A DNA stretch of 42,656 nt from an uncultured Clostridia bacterium (GCA_937900575.1 CALCEI010000088.1:1-42656), one strand, 5' to 3'; numbered from the stretch's first letter, positions 9,401 to 17,474 are shown. Made by a program: numbers and translations. Notes: generated by a model from the sequence alone, not told the origin.

Positions 9401-9596
9401 CAACTTTAATGTTGAAGATAGAATTTATATTCAATTTGAAACATCAGGCGAAGATTTAACTGAAATTTTAACAAAATATGCAGAAAAAATAAAAGCCGAA
9501 TTGTTGGCAAAAGAAATTGGAACTGTTGCTAACCCAGAATACACAGAAACTGTGGAAATTGGGGACGAACAAGTTACAATCAGTTTAAAAAGATAA
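6462..9596 (+). CDS. ileS: Isoleucyl-tRNA synthetase, long (type-2-like) form
   Basis: 1044 aa with WTTTPWTLTANVAIAV (IleRS editing-domain signature), KLSKS (KMSKS motif) and the HIGH-region variant MGLHHAYGR. Confidence 0.95.
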   Translation: MQKEQGNLDYVKMEEGVLKFWQDNSIFEKLKTKNKATGKYFATLDGPITANYDMGLHHAYGRTFKDAMIKFAALCGNDQHYQNGFDAHGLPVELRVERELGLDSKKEIEQYGIDKFVDKCMKTVDKYSASQTKSSIRLGQWMNWDNSYYTNSEENITSIWHFLKKCDEKGWVTNSHRIMRWCTRCGTSISDHEMTDQDAYKDVTCQAIFFKCPILGTENDMLVWTTTPWTLTANVAIAVNPEFDYSVVKVKSQKRNIIVCSKLTKVLKDDAVEVVKTIKGSELVGLSYDTCFPELKQQNFEHKIVAWDLVDATEGTGAVHIAPGCGDADFELGKSLNLPQVCPIDEAGIYYDDFGIFAGRNANTDELRDFVFGLMKEKGKLYYTHNYTHSYPHCWRCKHPLLFRLVDQWVIKMDELRPQLINAIDDVEFQPDFMKKRMLDWLEHMGDWAISRSRYYGLPLPFYPCKHCGKLTVVGSLEEFKKLATEKEVDALPHLHRPYIDNVKITCPHCGNKVESIKDVGDCWLDAGITPYSTNKFFTDKDFFEKNFPANCVIEGKEQVRLWFYSLLVMSVVLTGKAPYKKISSTPMLLAQDGKKLSKSSPNNIPLDEAFASIGADIIRYNFVATPLINDVKFGRDTCDEVKRKLLGLWNAYVFLNTYACIDNPDLTGFVPDEANLTFMDKWLINRVNEFTQNAYNCYSCQDFGGVSKDFEVLVDELTNWYIRNNRRRFYKSENNLDTTNAYFCLNYAIKNICMCMFPIIPFLSEYLWQNAVRQLDKSATESVALNGFNVAEFKVKDTGLTKKTDVVRQIFTMASKLRNENQIKVKQPLKTMYVNGNKDVAYAVEIYRDIIESELNIKNVVMEHDNSIFNDEFLNLDFRKAGAVLKGDVQKVKNALTNASKEAMDAMVADFKAGSVDVAGFENLGADLFTLCTKPKQEFVIANENDISVVLDVTINRELMLEGLARELIRAAQVMRKTANFNVEDRIYIQFETSGEDLTEILTKYAEKIKAELLAKEIGTVANPEYTETVEIGDEQVTISLKR

Positions 9597-9600
9597 CAAA

Positions 9601-9623
9601 AATGAAGGCAAATCGCCTTCATT
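9601..9623. terminator. Bidirectional intrinsic terminator (ileS / orphan 311-aa gene)
   Basis: aatgaaggc-aaatc-gccttcatt flanked by A- and T-tracts. Confidence 0.75.
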
Positions 9624-9630
9624 TTTTATG

Positions 9631-10566
9631 CTACAAATTAATTTTTGTTTGTTGAATAATTTTTTCTTTTTCTTCACTTAATTCTTTACTTAATACCAAA
9701 ATCTCTTTTTTGGTTAATTGTGAAGCATTTTTGCCGTTTATACGCCTTATGCCCAAATTTTTAATGTTAACAAGCAAATCATCATTGCAACGGCCTGTTT
9801 TTAACATATGTAGCATGTAATCAATCATCAAACTTTTTGCATAGGCAATTTGTTCGCCTGTGCTAAGTTCGTCAAACCCTTTATGTTCATTGACATAAAC
9901 AAACATATCTGCAATTGACAATGGGAATGATACACAATGTGCAACATCGGCATAGGAAATAAATTCATCAATTTTCATAACCAAAGGATTTGCAAGCACT
10001 TCTGCATCAAACAATTCTTCATGTTCTTGCTTTAATTTTACCAAAAAACTTACAATTGCATCTGCTTCTTTATAAGTTGTGTAAATTGTTATTGTATCAT
10101 TTCTTTGCTTGTTATAGGTCGTTTTAAAAAATGTGGTTAAATTTTTATTTTTTGTGGTTGATTTTTCATAACTTTTATTGATAAACTCTGCAAGCAATAA
10201 GGCAACTTCTCCAACATGGCCAAGGGAAGTGTTAACCCACAGTTTGCATTGTTCTTCATTTGGAGTTCTCACTTTGTGCTTGTTATTAAACTGAACAAAA
10301 CTGTGATTGCTGTAATCTGTATAAATTGCTCCATCTTTTGGCAGGGTTTTACGGATTGTGGCACTTGGAAATTCAAATGTCTCATCAGGCACTTCTGCAA
10401 GGCTTGTCATAAATGCATAAGCCACTTTGTCATCGTAAAAATTGAAGTCTTTTCTGTTAACAACATACTGTTTTGCAACAGCATCTAAAGATGGTATATC
10501 TGAGATGCGACTTTTATACTTGTTTATAAATCTGTTATAATTCAACATCTTTGTTAACATTGACAT
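9631..10566 (-). CDS. Hypothetical cytoplasmic protein (311 aa), no recognisable family
   Basis: Long ORF in an AT-rich context with an AAGGAG SD, its own promoter and its own terminator. No TM segment or signal peptide. Confidence 0.8.
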   Translation of the reverse strand: MSMLTKMLNYNRFINKYKSRISDIPSLDAVAKQYVVNRKDFNFYDDKVAYAFMTSLAEVPDETFEFPSATIRKTLPKDGAIYTDYSNHSFVQFNNKHKVRTPNEEQCKLWVNTSLGHVGEVALLLAEFINKSYEKSTTKNKNLTTFFKTTYNKQRNDTITIYTTYKEADAIVSFLVKLKQEHEELFDAEVLANPLVMKIDEFISYADVAHCVSFPLSIADMFVYVNEHKGFDELSTGEQIAYAKSLMIDYMLHMLKTGRCNDDLLVNIKNLGIRRINGKNASQLTKKEILVLSKELSEEKEKIIQQTKINL

Positions 10567-10595
10567 ATCTTCACTTCTCCTTTATCTATAAAGCA

Positions 10596-10623
10596 ATTAT
10601 ATCATACATTTTTAAATTTTCAA
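10596..10623 (-). promoter_or_regulatory. Promoter of the 311-aa orphan gene
   Basis: Reverse strand reads TTGAAA-16-TGaTATAAT (extended -10). Confidence 0.55.
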
Positions 10624-10654
10624 TAGCAATATTAAAATTAATCAAAATATTATA

Positions 10655-10999
10655 TTATTCCACCAAAACGGTTGCACAGGCATACTCTTTGCAATGAGAA
10701 ATGCTAATTTCAAGTTTGTTGCAAAAGCGCTCTTTTAAAAGTGCATTTATGTATGGTGTCCTGTTAATATATGGCATGCCACTTTCTGTGTGTAAAACTT
10801 CAATTTGGCTGTACACAATGCCAGGGTTATCCAAGGCTTTTACAAAGGCTTCTTTTACGCAGAAAAATCCACAAAAATGTTCCAAACTATTGCCAAATTG
10901 CCTTGCATATTCAATCTCTGCTGGACTAAACACACGTTTAAAACCTTCTTCGCTCCAATGGTCAAATCTGCTTATTTTTTCAATATCTACACCAATCAT
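10655..10999 (-). CDS. acpS: Holo-[acyl-carrier-protein] synthase (4'-phosphopantetheinyl transferase)
   Basis: MIGVDIEKISRF... is typical of AcpS. I use ATG 10999, which has a GAGGA SD 8 nt upstream inside the recX 3' end. The track's 11020 start is a TTG without SD. Confidence 0.88.
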   Translation of the reverse strand: MIGVDIEKISRFDHWSEEGFKRVFSPAEIEYARQFGNSLEHFCGFFCVKEAFVKALDNPGIVYSQIEVLHTESGMPYINRTPYINALLKERFCNKLEISISHCKEYACATVLVE

Positions 11000-11000
11000 T

Positions 11001-11609
11001 TTAAATATCCTCACTTTCAATTTTTAATCTGTTTAAAATTGTTTTTATTGTGCCAAAGTTAAAGCCCTTGTTTGTTAAGTGACGCACAAGTTTTTCGGTT
11101 GTTTTTTTATCCACCACTTTATTTTTTAAAAACTTTTGTGCTGTGGTGTAACAAATTTCCGTATCATCAAAATCTTCAAACAATGGCAAATAAACTTCCT
11201 TTTTAACACCAAAACCACTTAACTTCTGCTTAAGTTTATTTGCACTAAATTTTGGATTGCATTTTATGTAATTTACTGAAAAGTTTTTGTCATCTAAAAG
11301 GTTATACCTTTTAAGTTTTTCAATAACTTTGCAAATTGTTTCGGAATCATAACCCTTTTTAAAAAGATAATCTTTAAGTTGCTTTTCGGTTTTTATGGCA
11401 GATGTTAAATACTTAACTGCCAAGTCAGTTGCAATAAGCACTGCACTCTCTTTAACAGCCAAAGCAAAACTTTCATCATCAATTTCGCCTTTGGAAATTT
11501 TGCATTTAACCATAACGTCTGCGTAAAGCATAAAAATGCCTTTTGAAGTCTCCACTTCAAAAACATTGCTGTTTGTTTTGGACTTTAGTTTAAATGTTTT
11601 TATTTCCAT
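11001..11609 (-). CDS. recX: Recombination regulator RecX
   Basis: 202 aa with repeated three-helix modules (...DYLFKKGYDSETICKVIEKLKRYNLLDDKNFSVNYIK...). Confidence 0.85.
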   Translation of the reverse strand: MEIKTFKLKSKTNSNVFEVETSKGIFMLYADVMVKCKISKGEIDDESFALAVKESAVLIATDLAVKYLTSAIKTEKQLKDYLFKKGYDSETICKVIEKLKRYNLLDDKNFSVNYIKCNPKFSANKLKQKLSGFGVKKEVYLPLFEDFDDTEICYTTAQKFLKNKVVDKKTTEKLVRHLTNKGFNFGTIKTILNRLKIESEDI

Positions 11610-11615
11610 GTTTTT

Positions 11616-11643
11616 ATTATATCAAATTTTTTTGCTTTAGGAA
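11616..11643 (-). promoter_or_regulatory. Promoter of recX-acpS; geometry predicts a leaderless transcript
   Basis: Reverse strand reads TTCCTA-16-TGaTATAAT-aaaaac-ATG. No SD is present. Confidence 0.45.
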
Positions 11644-11664
11644 ACATTTTTGTGTTAAAAACAT

Positions 11665-11693
11665 TTCTAATTTTTTTGGTTGTGTGATAAAAT
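11665..11693 (+). promoter_or_regulatory. Extended -10 promoter of eno-cmk
   Basis: TTCTAA-17-TGTGaTAAAAT, followed by GGAGG and ATG at 11712. Confidence 0.45.
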
Positions 11694-11711
11694 AAGCCAT
11701 GGAGGAAAATT

Positions 11712-12962
11712 ATGAAAATTAAACATATTGAAGCTTACGAAGTTATTGACAGCCGTGGCAATCCAACCGTGGAGTGCGAAGTTACATTAAATAACGGTGT
11801 TAAGGCAACAGCAATGGTGCCAAGTGGTGCATCAACAGGCGAACGTGAAGCACTTGAATTAAGGGACGGAGAAAAACGTTTCCATGGAAAGGGTGTTTTA
11901 AAAGCAGTTAACAATGTAAACAAAATCATTGCAAAGCACATTGTTGGCATGCATGTTGAAAATCAAGAAGAAATTGATAAGGCAATGCTTAAACTTGATG
12001 GCACAGAATTTAAAACAAATTTGGGTGCAAATGCAATGCTTTCTGTAAGTTTGGCATGTGCAAGAGCAAATGCTGTAAACAAAGGCAAAGACCTTTATAA
12101 AACTCTTGGCAAAGGTACATTGCTTCCTACCCCAATGATGAACGTTATTAATGGTGGTGCACACGCAGATAGCAACGTTGATTTCCAAGAATTTATGATT
12201 GTGCCACATGGTGCAAAAACTTTTGCAGAGGCAATGCAATGGGCAAGTGAAACATTCATGGAACTTAAAAAAGTGCTTAAAGGCATGGGTTACCAAACAG
12301 CCGTTGGTGATGAAGGTGGTTTTGCACCAAACTTTAAGAACAACGAACAACCTTTGCAAGCAATTGTAAAAGCAATTGAAAATGCAGGCTATGTTCCAGG
12401 CAAAGACATTGCAATTGCAATGGACGTTGCTGCAAGTGAATTTTACAATGCAAAAACAAAAAAATACGACCTTGTAAAAAGTGGCGAAGGTAGTTTGACA
12501 ACCACACAAATGATTGCTTGGTACGAAAAACTTATTAAAAACTACCCTATCATTTCCATTGAAGACCCACTTGGAGAAAATGATTGGGACGGTTGGGCAA
12601 AAATTACTGCTCGTCTTGGCAAAAAGATACAAATTGTTGGCGATGACGTGTTTGTAACCAATCCAAAAATCTTAAAAGAAGGCATCAAAAAAGGTGTTGC
12701 AAACGCAATTTTGATTAAACTTAATCAAATTGGCACACTTACAGAGACTTTGGAAACAATCCGTATTGCCAAAAGACACAAATACAACACAATAATTTCA
12801 CACAGAAGTGGCGAAACAGAAGATACATTTATAGCAGACCTTTCTGTTGCAACTGAAGCAGGTCAAATTAAATCTGGTTCAATTTCAAGAACAGACCGTG
12901 TTGCAAAATACAATCAACTTATTAGAATTGAACGTAAATTAAAAAGCAAAGCGAGGTTTTAA
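11712..12962 (+). CDS. eno: Enolase (phosphopyruvate hydratase)
   Basis: [24 protein letters not shown]..., ...[15 protein letters not shown]..., 416 aa. Confidence 0.97.
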   Translation: MKIKHIEAYEVIDSRGNPTVECEVTLNNGVKATAMVPSGASTGEREALELRDGEKRFHGKGVLKAVNNVNKIIAKHIVGMHVENQEEIDKAMLKLDGTEFKTNLGANAMLSVSLACARANAVNKGKDLYKTLGKGTLLPTPMMNVINGGAHADSNVDFQEFMIVPHGAKTFAEAMQWASETFMELKKVLKGMGYQTAVGDEGGFAPNFKNNEQPLQAIVKAIENAGYVPGKDIAIAMDVAASEFYNAKTKKYDLVKSGEGSLTTTQMIAWYEKLIKNYPIISIEDPLGENDWDGWAKITARLGKKIQIVGDDVFVTNPKILKEGIKKGVANAILIKLNQIGTLTETLETIRIAKRHKYNTIISHRSGETEDTFIADLSVATEAGQIKSGSISRTDRVAKYNQLIRIERKLKSKARF

Positions 12963-13609
12963 TGATTATTTCAATTGACGGTCCAGCAAGCAGTGGCAAA
13001 TCCACAGTGGCAGATATCCTTGCAAAAAAACTTGGATTTGTTCATTTCAATTCTGGTGCACTCTACCGTGGCATTGCAGTTTACTTAAACGAACATGGTT
13101 TGACGGCAGAAACTGCTTCAGACTGTTACATTGCAGGGCTTAAACTTGAAACAAAGTTTGTGGACGACGTGCAACATGTTTACGTAAACACTGTGGACGT
13201 AACAAGCAGGTTAAGGGATAATGAAATTAGCCAACTTTCATCTTTAGTTAGCGCCAACCCTGTTTCCAGAAAACTTGTTGATGATTGCCAACGCAATTTT
13301 GTTGCAAAAAATAATGCAATTATTGACGGAAGAGACATTGGAAGTGTTGTGTTCCCTAACGCAGAATTTAAGTTCTACTTGGATTGCAGTGCACACGAAC
13401 GTGCCAAAAGACGTTTTTTGGAAGAACAAGCAAAAGGAAACTTTGTAACCTTGCAGGAAATTGAAGCACAAATTCTTGCACGTGATGAATTTGATATGCA
13501 CAAAAAAATCAGTCCACTTGTTGTTCCAACAGGTGCAATAATTGTGGATTCCACAAATCTATCTATTGATGAAGTTGTGGCTTTTATGCAAAACAAAATA
13601 AAATTTTAA
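12962..13609 (+). CDS. cmk: Cytidylate kinase
   Basis: [37 protein letters not shown]. Its start overlaps the eno stop (TAATG). Confidence 0.93.
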   Translation: MIISIDGPASSGKSTVADILAKKLGFVHFNSGALYRGIAVYLNEHGLTAETASDCYIAGLKLETKFVDDVQHVYVNTVDVTSRLRDNEISQLSSLVSANPVSRKLVDDCQRNFVAKNNAIIDGRDIGSVVFPNAEFKFYLDCSAHERAKRRFLEEQAKGNFVTLQEIEAQILARDEFDMHKKISPLVVPTGAIIVDSTNLSIDEVVAFMQNKIKF

Positions 13610-13614
13610 ACATT

Positions 13615-13636
13615 AAGTGTCATATTTATGACACTT
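13615..13636 (+). terminator. Intrinsic terminator after cmk
   Basis: aagtgtcat-attt-atgacactt followed by tttttg. Confidence 0.8.
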
Positions 13637-13686
13637 TTTTGTTTTTGTGTGATAAAAGTAAATTATATCTTTTTTTAAATTTGGTA

Positions 13687-13715
13687 TTGACAAATTGGCA
13701 TATGGGGTTTATACT
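13687..13715 (+). promoter_or_regulatory. Strong sigma-A promoter of the 598-aa orphan gene
   Basis: TTGACA (13687-13692)-17-TATACT (13710-13715). A second TGTGaTAAAAG-type -10 lies at about 13650-13662. Confidence 0.65.
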
Positions 13716-13745
13716 ATTCTCGTATTTGATATTAAGGGGGCAATT

Positions 13746-15542
13746 ATGGCTAATAAAGGAATATGTGATTTAGCAAATCTTACACCTATTATTAATGATT
13801 ATTTTGCAGATAAAGATGTTGTTGCAAAACATGAGTCTTTTTCAGATTATTGCAGACGTAAAAAATTACTTGTTAAGGAAGATGGCAATTACGTACTTAA
13901 AGTTAACACTGAAAGGTCAGATAGAGAAAAATTCAACAAATACTATGAAACTGTTGAACAAATTTTTATTGCCAAAGACAATACTTACAATTTTAAAACC
14001 AAAAACTTTAACACAGAAAAGATTCTTGGTGGCGAACAAAGTTACACTGCAATTTTTAGCAATTTAACTGATATTCAAAAACAAAGTGCACAAGTTGAAA
14101 GTGTTATTGATTTCTTATATGCAAACCGTACACATTTTGAAAATGAAGATGAAGCTAAAGATATCGTTACTGGCTTCTGCTTGTCTGCAGGATTCTCTAA
14201 CGTACAAATCTTTGGTGGAGATTATGAAAAATGCAAAGAAATGTGCAGATATTACTTACTTGAAGGTGCTTATTCACCTAAAATTAGTAACAGACACCCT
14301 ATTGCGAACCGTTTATTAGTCTCTATAATTGGAGCATTAGTTTTTAGTATTGGAAGTGGTGCAGGTGCAGGTGCAATTACAGCCTTCGCAACAAGAGCCA
14401 CCATGAAAGCAGAAGCCGGCGATGAATTTTTGGGGACACTCATCTCAGATGAAGCAAGCAACATACAAATTTTGAATAAGGCTTCAAGTTATGCAGTATA
14501 TGTAGCCCTTGCTGCACTTCTTGGTATATCAGTTGTTGCTTTAATAAAAGGTTTAAGAAATAATCATAAAACAAGCACAAAAAACAATTTAAACAATTTC
14601 TCAATTAAATCAATTTCATCAGCACAAGATTTATACTACCTTCCAATTGGAAAAGAAATTGAAAAATTCATTACAGAAAATTCAAAAGATAATCTTGTGA
14701 TGGGCGCATGTAAACGCTATACGCATAGAAATCGTTCTAGAAAACATCTTGTAAACGTAATAAAACTTACAGAAAAATTATACAAAATACCAAATCCAAG
14801 AGCAAAAGATAAAGCTTTGCGTGAATCACTCAGCAGTTGGTTGGTTGGTGAATTTGTTGAAGAATCCTTTAAAATTGCAAGTGCAGTTTATGCAAAAGAC
14901 AAAAGATATAAATCTGATATTATTGACCTTTTTGTAAAGAGCAATGTAATTATGGATTTATTGTACGGAAAAGGCAATATTGAAGTTGGTAAAACATTAC
15001 ACGACCAAATTAAAACAAGAAATAAAATCTTCGGTGCAAAGAAAATTGAACAATTATACACTCCAAACGCAATTGTAGAAGCATTTGCACAACAATTGTT
15101 TAATGAAAATTCATCATTAATCACTGCAACTGAAATGGAATTCAGTGTTATTGAATCAGATAAATCTGCATCAAGCAAAGGTGAAGAACCTAAACCTGCA
15201 CCAAAAAAAGATGAAGAATCTAAACCTGCACCAAAAAAAGATGAAGAATCTAAAAATGAAGAAAAACCTAAAGACACTAAAGTTAAAGGTAAATCAAAAG
15301 ATGGTGCTTCGGAAGAAGAAGTTACGATTGAAGTTATCAAAAATTTAGACAGAAAAAAATGGAAAATTAATGTAACTCCAAATAAAAACAACACCAAAAT
15401 TATAATTACAGCTGTGGATAAACTTGGCAACAAAAAAGTTGTTAAATACGCAAGAAGTGCAGATAAATCCTTTGATGCAGAAACAATTGGCAGATTTATT
15501 GTTGATTTTGGTGCGACAGAAACTTCAACCATTAGCAAATAA
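13746..15542 (+). CDS. Hypothetical 598-aa membrane protein (about 195-aa N-terminal domain, two TM helices, about 300-aa C-terminal region with K/P/E-rich repeat linker)
   Basis: Start is placed at ATG 13746 (MANKGI...) with SD AAGGGGG. The track's TTG 13695 lies inside the promoter. The TM helices are LLVSIIGALVFSIGSGAGAGAITAF and YAVYVALAALLGISVVALI. The repeat is KPAPKKDEES x2. Confidence 0.85.
   Translation: MANKGICDLANLTPIINDYFADKDVVAKHESFSDYCRRKKLLVKEDGNYVLKVNTERSDREKFNKYYETVEQIFIAKDNTYNFKTKNFNTEKILGGEQSYTAIFSNLTDIQKQSAQVESVIDFLYANRTHFENEDEAKDIVTGFCLSAGFSNVQIFGGDYEKCKEMCRYYLLEGAYSPKISNRHPIANRLLVSIIGALVFSIGSGAGAGAITAFATRATMKAEAGDEFLGTLISDEASNIQILNKASSYAVYVALAALLGISVVALIKGLRNNHKTSTKNNLNNFSIKSISSAQDLYYLPIGKEIEKFITENSKDNLVMGACKRYTHRNRSRKHLVNVIKLTEKLYKIPNPRAKDKALRESLSSWLVGEFVEESFKIASAVYAKDKRYKSDIIDLFVKSNVIMDLLYGKGNIEVGKTLHDQIKTRNKIFGAKKIEQLYTPNAIVEAFAQQLFNENSSLITATEMEFSVIESDKSASSKGEEPKPAPKKDEESKPAPKKDEESKNEEKPKDTKVKGKSKDGASEEEVTIEVIKNLDRKKWKINVTPNKNNTKIIITAVDKLGNKKVVKYARSADKSFDAETIGRFIVDFGATETSTISK
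15183..15254. repeat. 30-bp in-frame tandem repeat, 2.4 copies (EE(P/S)KPAPKKD)
   Basis: Copies 15183-15212 and 15213-15242 differ at one base. A partial third copy runs to 15254. Confidence 0.9.
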
Positions 15543-15546
15543 AAAA

Positions 15547-15563
15547 ACTAGCATTGCGCTAGT
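15547..15563. terminator. Bidirectional intrinsic terminator (orphan gene / rubrerythrin)
   Basis: actagc-attgc-gctagt flanked by A7 and T8 tracts. Confidence 0.7.
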
Positions 15564-15576
15564 TTTTTTTGTTATC

Positions 15577-16116
15577 TTAATAGTTTTTGTTTTCAAGTTC
15601 GAAGTAACTTTGTGGGTGGTTACATACTGGGCAAACTTCTGGTGCTGTTTTGCCAACGTGTCTGTGTCCACAGTTACGACATACCCAAACTTTAACTTCT
15701 TGTTTTACAAAGCATTTCTTTTCTTTAACATTTTCTGCCAAAGCTTTATAGCGTGCTTCATGTGCTGCTTCAATTTCTGCAACACCTTCAAACTTTGCTG
15801 CAATTTCTGGGAAGCCTTCTGCCCTTGCTGTTTCTGCAAAACTTTTGTACATATCTGTCCATTCGTAATTTTCACCAGCGGCTGCATCAAGCAAGTTTGT
15901 TAATGTATCTGGCACTTTGCCACCATTTAACAACTTAAACCACATTTTTGCATGTTCTTTTTCATTATTTGCAGTTTCTTCAAACACTGCTGCAATTTGT
16001 TCATAGCCATCTTTTTTTGCTTGGCTTGCAAAGTATGTATATTTATTCCTTGCTTGACTTTCGCCTGCAAAAGCGGCTTTTAAATTTTGTTCTGTTTTTG
16101 TTCCTTTAAGTTCCAT
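15577..16116 (-). CDS. rbr: Rubrerythrin
   Basis: 179 aa with a ferritin-like di-iron N-terminal domain (ESQARNKY..., EKEH...) and a C-terminal rubredoxin-type CRNCGH...CPVCNHP. Confidence 0.93.
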   Translation of the reverse strand: MELKGTKTEQNLKAAFAGESQARNKYTYFASQAKKDGYEQIAAVFEETANNEKEHAKMWFKLLNGGKVPDTLTNLLDAAAGENYEWTDMYKSFAETARAEGFPEIAAKFEGVAEIEAAHEARYKALAENVKEKKCFVKQEVKVWVCRNCGHRHVGKTAPEVCPVCNHPQSYFELENKNY

Positions 16117-16134
16117 AATTTCCTCCTAAACATC

Positions 16135-16148
16135 GATATTTTAATATC
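16135..16148. promoter_or_regulatory. Perfect 6-2-6 palindrome GATATTttAATATC at the predicted rbr transcription start; candidate Fur/PerR-family operator
   Basis: Lies between the rbr -10 box (16155-16160) and SD (AGGAGG). It is an AT-rich inverted repeat loosely like Fur/PerR boxes. Confidence 0.3.
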
Positions 16149-16154
16149 AAATAC

Positions 16155-16183
16155 ATTATATAATTTTTAAATTTTTAAAGCAA
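16155..16183 (-). promoter_or_regulatory. Promoter of rbr
   Basis: Reverse strand reads TTGCTT-17-TATAAT. Confidence 0.6.
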
Positions 16184-16190
16184 CCAAAAG

Positions 16191-17468
16191 TTACTTGTTG
16201 CGTTCTTTTTTCCTTACCATGCCCTTTTCTTTTCCGTTATTGCCTGGGGTATAATAAATTCTATCCTTCAAACTATCTGGCAAGTACTGTTGTTTTACGT
16301 AACCACCATAATTGTGTGGATATTTATATTGTGGCACTTTGTCCGTTTCATAATGATAATTTTTAAGGTGCTCTGGCACTTTGTCGTCTGGGTGGAATTT
16401 AGCATCTTCTTTTGCTTTATCCCTTGCCACAACAACGCTGTTAGATTTTTCTGCTTCACAAACATAAATTATGGCATGTGCAAGTGGAATTTCCCCTTCT
16501 GGCACACCCAAATTTTTTATTGCATTCATTGCAACCATTGCCATTAAAGATGCGTTGCTATCTGCCATGCCAACATCTTCGCTTGCATGGGCAATAAGGC
16601 GCCTACAAATAAGCAAGGGGTCGCAACCTGCTTCAATAAGACGGAAGGCATAATAAAGCGCTGCGTCCGTATCACTTCCACGCAAACTTTTGCAGAAAGC
16701 AGAAAGCATATCATAATACAAATTTTCATCAACAGAAATTACAGGTTGTTGAATGCATTGAGCGGCAACTTTGCCATCAATTACAATCACTCCACTTTTA
16801 TTTGGTGGTGTTGTGCCAACAGCAAGTTCAAGTGCGTTATATGCTGACCTTAAATCCCCATTACAGAATAGTGCAAGATGGTTTAATGCGTCCACTTCCA
16901 ACTTAACTTTAAGTCTTCCATAACCACGTTTTTCGTCCTTTGTTGCCAAAAGCAAGGCATCTTTGATGTCTGCCGGTGTAAGTGGCTCAAATTTAAACAC
17001 ACGACATCTGCTTACAATTGCCGGTGTCATGCTTGTGTGTGGGTTTTCGGTTGTTGTGCCAATAAAGGTTATGTAACCACGTTCAATTGCTTCCAAAACG
17101 GAATCGCTTTGTGCTTTGCTCCACCTGTGACATTCATCTAAAATAAGAAGTGTGCTTTTGCCTGTAAGTTCAAATTTTTGCTTTGCTTCTTCCATAACAC
17201 GTTTTGCATCAGCAACACCACTTGAAACGGCGTTTAACTTTACATATTCAAGCCCCAAAGAATCAGCAACAATAAATGCCAAAGTGGTTTTGCCAACCCC
17301 TGGTGGACCATAAAAAATGCAACTGCCAAGTTTGTTTGTTTGCAATGCACGTCGAATTAAACTGCCTGCACCAACAATGTGTCCTTGACCAACAAATTCG
17401 TTTAAATTTCTTGCTCTCATTTTTTCTGCAAGTGGTATTTGTTTTTCTTCTTCAAAATTATTTTCCAT
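16191..17468 (-). CDS. rarA: Replication-associated recombination protein A (AAA+ ATPase)
   Basis: 425 aa with FYGPPGVGKTTLA (Walker A), LILDECHRW (Walker B) and a MgsA C-terminal region. Confidence 0.93.
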   Translation of the reverse strand: MENNFEEEKQIPLAEKMRARNLNEFVGQGHIVGAGSLIRRALQTNKLGSCIFYGPPGVGKTTLAFIVADSLGLEYVKLNAVSSGVADAKRVMEEAKQKFELTGKSTLLILDECHRWSKAQSDSVLEAIERGYITFIGTTTENPHTSMTPAIVSRCRVFKFEPLTPADIKDALLLATKDEKRGYGRLKVKLEVDALNHLALFCNGDLRSAYNALELAVGTTPPNKSGVIVIDGKVAAQCIQQPVISVDENLYYDMLSAFCKSLRGSDTDAALYYAFRLIEAGCDPLLICRRLIAHASEDVGMADSNASLMAMVAMNAIKNLGVPEGEIPLAHAIIYVCEAEKSNSVVVARDKAKEDAKFHPDDKVPEHLKNYHYETDKVPQYKYPHNYGGYVKQQYLPDSLKDRIYYTPGNNGKEKGMVRKKERNK

Positions 17469-17474
17469 GTAATA

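Noticed and set aside
7-15254. Tandem repeats at 7-132 and 15183-15254 as possible CRISPR or minisatellite elements
   Set aside because: The units are directly adjacent with no spacers, in frame, and code for low-complexity peptide repeats inside ORFs. No CRISPR-like repeat-spacer structure exists anywhere in the window.
1419-15538. Long antisense ORFs inside well-supported genes, e.g. 1419..1985 (+) in spoIVA, 11898..12632 (-) in eno and 14888..15538 (-) in the 598-aa gene, plus the many 60-130 aa track ORFs overlapping annotated CDS
   Set aside because: Their Cys/Phe/Asn-rich composition is typical of shadow frames. They have no SD or promoter, and each is fully embedded opposite a gene with strong motif support.
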